A DNA stretch of 64,000 nt from Spirochaetia bacterium (GTDB taxonomy: Bacteria; Spirochaetota; Spirochaetia; DSM-2461). The stretch is from NCBI GenBank assembly GCA_963668315.1, contig OY764216.1:4352001-4416000 (forward strand), given 5' to 3'. This document shows, piece by piece, positions 56,182-64,000 of the stretch (position 1 is the stretch's first letter; each line of letters begins with the position of its first letter). The notes beneath the pieces are model-generated. The model did no database searches, was not told the DNA's origin, and saw nothing but the letters and a program-made list of their open reading frames with translations. Made by a program: the position numbers and the translations under genes.

Positions 56182-59100
56182 CTACTGCAGAAAGGGTTCA
56201 AGGAGCTGTGCGGCTTCTTTCATCTTATAGCCGCCCATCAAAATCCTAATCTCCCTGAGCTTTTCTTGTAAATCCCCGGGAAGCTCATACCCTTCAAGCT
56301 CATCGAAGACCCCATTGGCCGGTTTCGGCTTTCTCATTCTCAGCGCATCGGAAGCTGACTGAAGCATTTCCCTAAGCTGTTCTCCGGAAATGACCCCGTT
56401 CCCTTCCGGTTCCTTCCTGTTCCGGCCGGATAGCCCGCTCTCCCCTATGGCATTTATCAGCGCGGCGGTCTCTTCTTCCACATCGATGAGAAACTTCCCC
56501 GGAACTCGCCCTTCCTTCAATGCCTTCTCGAGGACTGCGGCTTTCCGATGAAGAGAATCGGCTCCGAGATTGGCGCTCACCCCTTTCAGGGTATGGGCCA
56601 GACGTACAGCCTCATCGGTCTCTCCCCCGTCCAGAAGTCTGCTGAAGTCCATACCCAGGCTCCCGAAATCTCCGGCGAATCTGACGAGTAAATCCCTGTA
56701 GAGAGTCCTGTTCCCCCCCACGTGATTAAGCCCCGACGTACTGTCTATCCCTTCTATCTCGGGCAGGGGGACATCTCTCTCCGGCGGCGTCCTTCCGGTA
56801 AAAAGCTCTCTCCGAGCCGGGACGATCCATCGAACCAGGACATTCCAGAGTTCCTCCGTATGGATCGGCTTGGTGATATACTCGTTCATACCCGCTTCAA
56901 AAACCTTTTCTTTCACTCCGGACATGGCGTCGGCGGTCATAGCCACAATGGGAAGATCGGCACATCCCGGAGAATTCCGGATGAGACCGGTTGCCTCGTA
57001 ACCGCCCATGACGGGCATCTGCAGATCCATGAGGACAATATCGTAAGGGCCGTTCCGGACCTTATCCACAGCGATCTTCCCGTTATCGGCTATGTCAACG
57101 AAAAACCCTTCCCCCTCAAGAAGTTCCCTCGCGACCTGCTGATTGATCTCGTTATCCTCTGTGAGAAGGATTCTGGCCCCGCGCACCCTGTCGAAACCCT
57201 CGGGATACCGGTTCGGGGAGAGGGTTCTCTCCCCGGTTCCCCCGTGGCCGAAAGCTTCGATGATCATATTGTAAAGTAGAGACTGATTGACCGGCTTCAG
57301 GACAAATCCGTCGAAATGGTGCTTTTCCACGCCGCTTAATATTTCGTCACGGCCGTATCCGGTGATGAGAATATATCGGGGCCTTTGCTCCGCAGGCAGC
57401 AGCTCATTGATCTTTTCGGCCGTCTGAAACCCGTTCAGCCCGGGCATACTGTAATCGACAAGGACGAGGGCAAAGGGAGCTTTGTTCTCCTCCAGCCTTT
57501 CTCTGACGGCCCTTACAGCCTCCGTTCCGTTATCGACGGAGCAGGGCTGAAAACCGAAATCCCCGGTATATTCCCTCAGGACCTCCCGGCTGGTGCTGTT
57601 GTCATCCACAATCAGGACTTCCAGATCAATCAGTTCTTTTGGAACGACCTCTTTTTTGTTTCTTTGCCGTATCTCAAACTTGCCGGTAAAACAGAAGGTG
57701 GAACCTTCTCCGTAAACGCTTTCGACACCGATACTTCCCTCCATCATCTCCGCCAGATTCTTACTGATGGAAAGGCCCAGACCGGTTCCGCCGTATTTTC
57801 GGGTCGTGGATGTATCGGCCTGGGTAAAGGCACAGAACAGTTTCTCCGACTGCTCCCCGGTCAAGCCTATGCCCGTGTCCCTGACAAGAAACCGGATCTC
57901 CGCCACCCCCTCCTCCGCAGCGACCAGTTCCGCGATCACATCAATCTCGCCGGTTTCGGTGAATTTTACGGCATTGCTGGTCAGATTCAAAAGTACCTGT
58001 CCCAGACGGAGCGGGTCTCCCATAAGATCCCGAGGAACATCCGTTCCAATGAGAAAGACCAGTTCAAGATTCTTCTCATAGGCTTTTTTGCTGATCATGG
58101 ATCCCAGATTGTCAAAGACCTCGTTCAGATTGAAATCAATCTTTTCCATGACAAGTTTCCCCGCCTCAATTTTGGAAAAATCCAGAATATCGTTTATAAT
58201 ACCCAGAAGGCTGTGGGCGGAGCCGTTTATCTTGCTGATATAATCGAACTGCTTGTCGGTCAGATCCGTTCTCTGAAGCAGCTGCGCCAGCCCCATGATG
58301 GCATTCATCGGCGTACGTATCTCATGGCTCATATTGGCGAGAAAATCGGACTTGGCCCTGGTGGCTTCCTCCGCTTCCTCCTTGGCCCGGGCCAGTTCTC
58401 GCTCGCCGTTTATCCGCTCGGTTATGTCCTGGTAATATTCGATCATACGAACGACAGCCCCCCCGTCGTCAAAGATGGGATACCCATAGACCTCCAGGTA
58501 CCTTTCGCGGCCCTCCCCGTCTCGGTGGACATGTCTGACCGTCACGGACTCTTTCCCCTCCACGACCAGGCTGAGCGGACAGGGATGCTCCTCCCCCCCG
58601 CAGGGAGTGTCAACTCCATGGGTCATCCCGTAGCAGGTGGTGCTCTCCCTTCCTCCGCCGCACTCCCTGGCGGCGGAATTCGCCAGGACGATGTCCCGCG
58701 TTTTCACATCGATAACGTAAAAGGGATGGGTCAGGGCTTCTATGGTGTTCTCAAGCTCCTTTTTGGCGAAGCTGAGCTCCCGGGTTCGCGCATCGACCCG
58801 GTCTTCCAGTTTGTCATTCGCACTCATCAGAGAGCGGTTGGCCTGCTCTCCCATAATCAGATTAATCAGCGTGGAGACTCCTGCCAGGACGAAAGCCATA
58901 AGGAGCGTGAGTAAGATCAGCAGCTCCATCATATGGAACGTGGAGAGGGCCTCCCCCAAATCCAGTTCCGCGGCGACCCCCATGGATAGGCTGTCGTTCC
59001 AGAACCAGGCACCCAGGACTTCAACCCCCCGGTAGTCACGGTAGCTTCCGGCCACGCGGCCACTCCGTCCGGTCATGGCCTCTGTAAAAAGTTTTGTCGG

Positions 59101-60981
59101 AGGAAGTTCGCCGGAAGGACGGTCAAAGGGCTTCTCTGCACTAAGGGCCCTCCCGGGATCAACCATGCCGATGTTCAGCCTGCTGCGCAGATCCCTATCG
59201 AGTAATCCGTAATCATGCAGCTGGTCTTCAAAACGGCTGTTGGTCAGTATCGTTCCGTTCCGGTCGAACAGATAGGAATCCCCCATGAGTCCGGTCCGGC
59301 CTACCTTGGAAAATTCCATAAAATCCCTATCGGGATCTTCCCTCTGGGAGAGAACGGCAATGACATTCCCCTCGGTGTCTCTGAGGGGAACGGTATAATA
59401 CATAACCCCTTTCTCTATCCCCCCGCCGGCTGCTTCTTCCCTCTCGACATCGGGGATGGGGGGGATAAAGGTCGATTCGCCTCCCAGAACCCTCTCAAAC
59501 AGATCCGGGCGATAGGCCATGACAGGGCTGATTTTACCGACCAGATTCTCATCGACGGAAGCGATGATATTGCCTTCGGGAGAGATCAGAGAATATCCCT
59601 CATAATTCATATAGCGGTTCCGGTAATTAAAGTAGGTCTTGAACTTAACCAGTTCCTCGCTCCTCAGGAGCTCTCTCCGGTCAAAGGGGATCTGGAGCAT
59701 CTCCTCGACATAACGCCGGGGAATAGGTTCGGCCGCTTCCACCTCCATATGCCTGATCCGGCTCCCTATGTAGGCCTGAACGGAACCGTTGACCGAGGCG
59801 GCCACCACTTCGAGATTCTGGAGGACCGCTTCATATTCCCGCTTCTTTATCGTTTCCAGTTCCAGCAGGGAAACAATCAGAACCAGAATAATCAGGGAAA
59901 TCAGAACGCTCACGCTGATAATCCGGATCCGCTTTATTTCAAAATATTTACCCCGGGCGGATCTTCGCCGAATCATGGACTGGACGGCGAAAAGGATCAT
60001 CAGAATGATGGCGATAACGGCGATGACTCTCGTCGTCAATGTTCTGGCCGTGCTCCGGATCACAGCCGGATCGCCCCCTTCCGCGGGAGAAACCTCCCCG
60101 GCGGATACACCGCGCCTCCCCGAATCATCAGAAGGGATACTCCCTTGTCCCTCCATTCCCAGCCAGCGGTTCTCCAGGACAAGCTTCTCCCCGGAATCGA
60201 CCATCCCGATGCCCTTATTCAGGATGGAGACAAGTATATCCCAGTCTTTCCTCACGGCCAGGTACATTTCGTCGGAATCAACCTCCCCGTCCCCCGAAAG
60301 GGAAGCGAACTTTACCCCGGACAGATTATTCTCCCTTATCAGGGCATTCGTCACGACAAGCCTGTCGATATAGGCATCGGCTTTACCGTAGATGACCTCG
60401 GTCAGGCCTTCCAGAGCGCTCCCGACAACCTGAATGTGAAGGAGCGGATAATTTTTTCTGAGATAGCTTTCCAGGTTAAAACCGTCTACCACGGCTACCG
60501 TCCGGCCTTCGAGATCCCCTATCCCGTGAACGGAATCATCTCCCGACTTGACAAAAAGAGCCCTGGGATTGGTCACATAGGAATCGGTATAGCTCAGAAA
60601 GGATTCCCTCTCCGGGACGTAAACGATGCTGTGGATAACGTCAATCTCTCCCGCCTTCACCATATCCAGCAGTTCGCTCCAGCTGTATCCGTTCACCCAC
60701 TCCCAGTGGAATCCGATTTTTTCGGCAATGAGATTCAGATAGTCAACATCATAACCGGCGGGTAAGCCGTTCCGCACAAAATCGAAGGGGGGCCAGTCCA
60801 TCTGATTGGAAACCCTCAGAACAGGATGTTCCTGCAGCCATGACCTCTCCTCTGCGGTAAGATCCTGGGGAAAAAGAGTCTCTGCGGAAGGGAAAAGAAG
60901 GAGTCCGTAAAAGAAGAGAACCGCCATCCCCATTGACCTGTGTCTCTTCGGCCTCGGAGACAAGAGTGGGCAAAGGATCAT
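56182..60981 (-). CDS. Hybrid sensor kinase: SBP-family-3 domain, Cache-like domain, PAS, HisKA, HATPase, two receivers, HPt
   Basis: DWPPFDF (SBP), three TM, FLANMSHEIRTPMN, NAVKFT, GGTGLGL, LVDYSMP, LMDLQMP, AHTLKG. Confidence 0.93.
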   Translation of the reverse strand: MILCPLLSPRPKRHRSMGMAVLFFYGLLLFPSAETLFPQDLTAEERSWLQEHPVLRVSNQMDWPPFDFVRNGLPAGYDVDYLNLIAEKIGFHWEWVNGYSWSELLDMVKAGEIDVIHSIVYVPERESFLSYTDSYVTNPRALFVKSGDDSVHGIGDLEGRTVAVVDGFNLESYLRKNYPLLHIQVVGSALEGLTEVIYGKADAYIDRLVVTNALIRENNLSGVKFASLSGDGEVDSDEMYLAVRKDWDILVSILNKGIGMVDSGEKLVLENRWLGMEGQGSIPSDDSGRRGVSAGEVSPAEGGDPAVIRSTARTLTTRVIAVIAIILMILFAVQSMIRRRSARGKYFEIKRIRIISVSVLISLIILVLIVSLLELETIKKREYEAVLQNLEVVAASVNGSVQAYIGSRIRHMEVEAAEPIPRRYVEEMLQIPFDRRELLRSEELVKFKTYFNYRNRYMNYEGYSLISPEGNIIASVDENLVGKISPVMAYRPDLFERVLGGESTFIPPIPDVEREEAAGGGIEKGVMYYTVPLRDTEGNVIAVLSQREDPDRDFMEFSKVGRTGLMGDSYLFDRNGTILTNSRFEDQLHDYGLLDRDLRSRLNIGMVDPGRALSAEKPFDRPSGELPPTKLFTEAMTGRSGRVAGSYRDYRGVEVLGAWFWNDSLSMGVAAELDLGEALSTFHMMELLILLTLLMAFVLAGVSTLINLIMGEQANRSLMSANDKLEDRVDARTRELSFAKKELENTIEALTHPFYVIDVKTRDIVLANSAARECGGGRESTTCYGMTHGVDTPCGGEEHPCPLSLVVEGKESVTVRHVHRDGEGRERYLEVYGYPIFDDGGAVVRMIEYYQDITERINGERELARAKEEAEEATRAKSDFLANMSHEIRTPMNAIMGLAQLLQRTDLTDKQFDYISKINGSAHSLLGIINDILDFSKIEAGKLVMEKIDFNLNEVFDNLGSMISKKAYEKNLELVFLIGTDVPRDLMGDPLRLGQVLLNLTSNAVKFTETGEIDVIAELVAAEEGVAEIRFLVRDTGIGLTGEQSEKLFCAFTQADTSTTRKYGGTGLGLSISKNLAEMMEGSIGVESVYGEGSTFCFTGKFEIRQRNKKEVVPKELIDLEVLIVDDNSTSREVLREYTGDFGFQPCSVDNGTEAVRAVRERLEENKAPFALVLVDYSMPGLNGFQTAEKINELLPAEQRPRYILITGYGRDEILSGVEKHHFDGFVLKPVNQSLLYNMIIEAFGHGGTGERTLSPNRYPEGFDRVRGARILLTEDNEINQQVARELLEGEGFFVDIADNGKIAVDKVRNGPYDIVLMDLQMPVMGGYEATGLIRNSPGCADLPIVAMTADAMSGVKEKVFEAGMNEYITKPIHTEELWNVLVRWIVPARRELFTGRTPPERDVPLPEIEGIDSTSGLNHVGGNRTLYRDLLVRFAGDFGSLGMDFSRLLDGGETDEAVRLAHTLKGVSANLGADSLHRKAAVLEKALKEGRVPGKFLIDVEEETAALINAIGESGLSGRNRKEPEGNGVISGEQLREMLQSASDALRMRKPKPANGVFDELEGYELPGDLQEKLREIRILMGGYKMKEAAQLLEPFLQ

Positions 60982-62105
60982 CGGCGGACGGCCTCGCGCT
61001 CTTCTTCGGATTCCATCAGCTCCAGGGCGATCTGACGGAACTCTTCATGGATCTCCATAAAACAGTCGACGATTTGCGGGTCAAAATGGCTTCCCCTGCC
61101 CTCGCTTATCAGAGAGAGCGCCTTTGAATGGGTATAGGGTTCCTTATAGACCCGCCTGGAGATAAGCGCATCATAGACATCGGCCAGAGCCATGATTCTT
61201 CCCGAAAGAGGAATATCCTCCCCGCTCAACCCTTGGGGATAACCGCTTCCGTCCCATTTTTCATGGTGAGTATAGGCGATTTCCCGGGCATACTGCAGAA
61301 AAGACTCGCCCCTCATCTCTTCTTCGGCTTTCAGAAGGGCGTTCATTCCGTACAGGGTATGGCGCTTCATCTCGGAAAATTCCTCATTGTCCAGCTTGCC
61401 CGGTTTCAGCAGAATGGCATCGGGAACTCCGATTTTCCCGATATCATGCAGGGGGGCCGACTTTACCAGAAGCTCTATCAGCCTCGGATTCAGAACGGAG
61501 GAATACTCCTCCCTATCCTTCAATCCCATGGCTATTCTTTTCATATAGCGCTGTGTTCTTATGATATGGTTTCCCGTCTCATTATCTCTGGTTTCCGCGA
61601 GGGAGGCGGCCATACGGATTGTGATATCCTGGGTGTTGACGATTTCCCGGGTTCGCTCGACCACAAGCTCTTCCAGTATCTCATTCTGATTTTCCAGAAT
61701 ATCCCGGGCCATTTTCACAGCCAGATGGGTTTCCACCCGTACCAGGACTTCTCTGACATTGAAAGGCTTGGTTATATAATCGACGGCACCCAGCTGGAAT
61801 CCCTTTGTCATCTCGTCGATATCGGTCAGAGCGGAAAGGAATATGACGGGGATCTCTTCGGTTTTTCTGTCTGATTTCAGCCTTGCACAGGTTTCATAAC
61901 CATCCATTTCAGGCATCATAATGTCCAGGAGAATCAGATCGGGCATCTCCCCGGAGACCGCCTCAAGGGCCTCTTTCCCGTTTGTAGCCACAATCAGGGA
62001 AAAGCGGTCACCCAAGGCATCGACAAGAATATCAATATTCTGCGGCGTATCATCCACAACGAGAAGGGTCGCTCCATTGATTAACCCGTTATTCAAGGTA
62101 TTCAT
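60978..62105 (-). CDS. RpfG-like response regulator with HD-GYP c-di-GMP phosphodiesterase domain
   Basis: Receiver domain, ETGNHIIR, LHDIGK, HHEKWDGSGYP, ADVYDAL, HFDP. Confidence 0.94.
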   Translation of the reverse strand: MNTLNNGLINGATLLVVDDTPQNIDILVDALGDRFSLIVATNGKEALEAVSGEMPDLILLDIMMPEMDGYETCARLKSDRKTEEIPVIFLSALTDIDEMTKGFQLGAVDYITKPFNVREVLVRVETHLAVKMARDILENQNEILEELVVERTREIVNTQDITIRMAASLAETRDNETGNHIIRTQRYMKRIAMGLKDREEYSSVLNPRLIELLVKSAPLHDIGKIGVPDAILLKPGKLDNEEFSEMKRHTLYGMNALLKAEEEMRGESFLQYAREIAYTHHEKWDGSGYPQGLSGEDIPLSGRIMALADVYDALISRRVYKEPYTHSKALSLISEGRGSHFDPQIVDCFMEIHEEFRQIALELMESEEEREAVRR

Positions 62106-62413
62106 CCCTACCACCTCTTAATAATACCCGTATATAATCCGCCTTTTGAGCAGCTTCCTTCAATTTATATTTTTCCGAAAGGGATATCATGTCATTGATA
62201 TCATGGACGGCATCATCCGGGGCTGCCTTATGCAGAATCAAACAACCCGGATTTCCAGCGACTCTTTTTACGGAGTGGACCAATCTCCCGGCTGCCGCCG
62301 ATTCGATGCAAACCGTCATCAACATCAAAGATCCTCAGTTTATTAACATGGCTATGCCTTTTCCCTAAGATTCTCCCTGTTCGCGGGCCGTCATTAAAGA
62401 ACAGCCTCTTCAA
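62089..62413 (-). pseudogene. Decayed, frameshifted remnant of a hybrid-kinase C-terminus (HPt region)
   Basis: One frame gives IFDVDDGLHRIGGSRE. A second frame gives AGRLVHSVKRVAGNPGCLILHKAA and YKLKEAAQ. These match IDSTSGLNHVGGNRT, AVRLAHTLKGVSANLGADSLHRKAA and YKMKEAAQ of the downstream kinase, in the same order. Confidence 0.6.
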
Positions 62414-62495
62414 TAATCATAGGCCATGCATTTTTGAAAAGCAAACACAGGTATTCATAAATATTTTCCTGGGAGAATTTCCCTTTCCATACAAC

Positions 62496-62523
62496 AAAAA
62501 AGCCCCCACATATAGTGAGGGCT
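62496..62523 (-). terminator. Intrinsic terminator after the flavoprotein gene
   Basis: Minus strand AGCCCTCAC-TATAT-GTGGGGGCT-TTTTT. Confidence 0.8.
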
Positions 62524-62551
62524 GTATAGAACAGCTGATGAAGACCGGAAA

Positions 62552-64000
62552 TTACTTGAGATTCAGAACTTCTTCAGCGCTGTAGGCACCGCCGAGGCGG
62601 CCGGAAGTAAAGGAGTACCCTATGCCAACACCGTTGCCCACATAGGTATCGTTAAACAGAACGCCTTCCGATTCCAGACCGACGGCGTACAGTCCCTTAA
62701 TGGGAATGCGGTTGTCATCAAGAACCTGAAATTCCGTATTAACCAGCAAGCCGCCTACAGAGCCGAGGTTATTGATCTCGGCCTTGACGGCATAGTAAGG
62801 TCCGCTTTCTCCCATGGGCTCAAGAAATGCGCCGGCCTTGCCGAATTCGCTATCCACACCGGATGCGATGGCTTCTACGTATTTTCTGAAATTCTTAACG
62901 AAAATATCTCTGTCCATACCGGCGTTTTCGGCCAGCTCTTCAATGGTATCGCCCCGGTAACCGTCTCCGTTCGCAACCATGGCATCGAAGATGGTATCGA
63001 TATTAACCCAGGGATTGTCCAGGGTGAACTGATCCCTGAAATCGGCATAAAACTCCGGAGGCATACCGGGAAGTTTCGGTGCATGAATTCCTGCCATTCC
63101 GGAAGCTTTAAGAGCATCCATCTGGGCCTTTGAGATGATAACATAGTGAAAAGGACCGTTGAAGGCGCTGGTATTAGCGGCCGCCACGGAAGTAAGAGTG
63201 GCCGTCTCATCGCGGAAACGGGCGCCGTCGGGTCCCACGTTCATAAAGTTGGGAAGATAACTGATCATCAAGGGATAGCAGGCCTGAAAAGGTTCATACC
63301 GGGCCCTCAGCTTTTTCGTGGCCCGCGCCAGCGTCTGGTGAAGCATCTGCCCCCCGAAGTTATCGGGGACTTTGGCTCCGGCGGCCCAGGCCATCTCGAG
63401 TCCTTCGCCCACGTTCTGGCCTAATCCGCCGTTGACCCCTTCGAATCCGAATGCTTCCCGGACCATATCGGCATTGGCCGCATACCCGCCGGTGGCGATA
63501 ATGACAGCCGAAGCGCTGATCTCGAGCCGGGTGCCGTCCTCACTGAACGCGACGCCTCCGGTTACATTTCCCTCCGAATCGGTTATCAGTTCCTTTCCCG
63601 TGGTATTGGTTAACACCATACCGCCGTTGGATTCCACCGAATCTTTAAGCATGTTTCTCAGAAGTCCTTCCCGGGTATCGTAGGCAGGGAGCATATGAAG
63701 CTGTTCCCCGAAGAAATTCAGGAAGATGGTTCCGTATCCCTTTTCGCGCAGCCAGTCATAGGTATCCTTGGACTTCACGACATACTGGCGAACGGCCGCC
63801 GCGTTCACCCGCCAGTGGTTATTCTCGATCCAGTCGGAAATGGTCTTTTCCTCGTCCACTTCCAGCCCTTTCTCCAGGGCAACCGAAGAGTTGAAGAATT
63901 TTCCCGCCCAGGAAAGATTGCTGGCCCCTCCGATGGTGCCGGTCTTCTCTATAATGATGACTCGGGCGCCTAGATCGGCGGCTGCCACGGCGGCGGAAAC
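62552..64000 (-). CDS. FAD-dependent oxidoreductase of the fumarate-reductase/flavocytochrome c superfamily, 5'-truncated
   Basis: Frame open to the window end; IIEK...GGAS, VIIATGGY, GPDGARFRDE, GGLLVN, IKGLYAVG, SGRLGG. Confidence 0.88.
   Translation of the reverse strand, partial: VSAAVAAADLGARVIIIEKTGTIGGASNLSWAGKFFNSSVALEKGLEVDEEKTISDWIENNHWRVNAAAVRQYVVKSKDTYDWLREKGYGTIFLNFFGEQLHMLPAYDTREGLLRNMLKDSVESNGGMVLTNTTGKELITDSEGNVTGGVAFSEDGTRLEISASAVIIATGGYAANADMVREAFGFEGVNGGLGQNVGEGLEMAWAAGAKVPDNFGGQMLHQTLARATKKLRARYEPFQACYPLMISYLPNFMNVGPDGARFRDETATLTSVAAANTSAFNGPFHYVIISKAQMDALKASGMAGIHAPKLPGMPPEFYADFRDQFTLDNPWVNIDTIFDAMVANGDGYRGDTIEELAENAGMDRDIFVKNFRKYVEAIASGVDSEFGKAGAFLEPMGESGPYYAVKAEINNLGSVGGLLVNTEFQVLDDNRIPIKGLYAVGLESEGVLFNDTYVGNGVGIGYSFTSGRLGGAYSAEEVLNLK

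Noticed and set aside
62115..62490. c-di-GMP riboswitch upstream of the HD-GYP operon
   Set aside because: I could not find the GEMM-type signature; the region is better explained as a decayed HPt remnant. cmscan would settle it.
1..64000. tRNA, rRNA, integrase, transposase, prophage or anti-phage defence genes
   Set aside because: No recognisable motifs; nearly all the DNA is accounted for by the listed genes. Very small or highly divergent RNAs could be missed by eye.

Overview
Chromosomal segment of a bacterium that is most likely a free-living Spirochaetota. This is inferred from the scpA-scpB-rluB-cmk-rpsA block, a small spirochaete-type beta-barrel OMP and 'LFAGGxxE'-type signal peptides. 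The window holds about 55 genes. I found no rRNA, tRNA, CRISPR, prophage or intact transposase. In order: (1) end of a glycan-use locus (clan-GH-A-like lipoprotein, LacI regulator, GH38 alpha-mannosidase with twin operators); (2) housekeeping genes (rluD, yggS, GNAT, deoB); (3) a large secreted ankyrin protein ending in a heptamer microsatellite; (4) a HEXXH protease/HTH fusion and dacA; (5) an AT-rich MFS/ArsR islet; (6) an FHA-GGDEF cyclase coupled to an OmpR-type two-component system; (7) a DeoR-headed operon joining a complete but atypical 2-oxoacid-dehydrogenase-like complex (E2, E3, fused E1) to a PHP phosphoesterase, SrlD-like and SorE-like polyol-phosphate dehydrogenases and transketolase, with a different repeat or palindromic element in nearly every intergenic gap; (8) an ABC importer wrapped around UbiD/UbiA/UbiX (MqnL/MqnP-like) genes, which looks like a menaquinone-precursor salvage operon; (9) the rpsA operon with a sigma54-activator/TPR/CHASE2-cyclase tail; (10) purE and mutL; (11) a STAS-kinase fusion with a CBS-PP2C phosphatase; (12) an HD-GYP/hybrid-kinase/receiver phosphorelay preceded by a decayed HPt fragment; (13) a partial FAD-dependent oxidoreductase. 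The best candidates for undescribed systems are the sugar-phosphate-linked lipoyl dehydrogenase operon (21.7-34.5 kb) and the quinone-precursor salvage operon (35.2-40.4 kb). All family calls come from motif recognition by eye; no database search was run.
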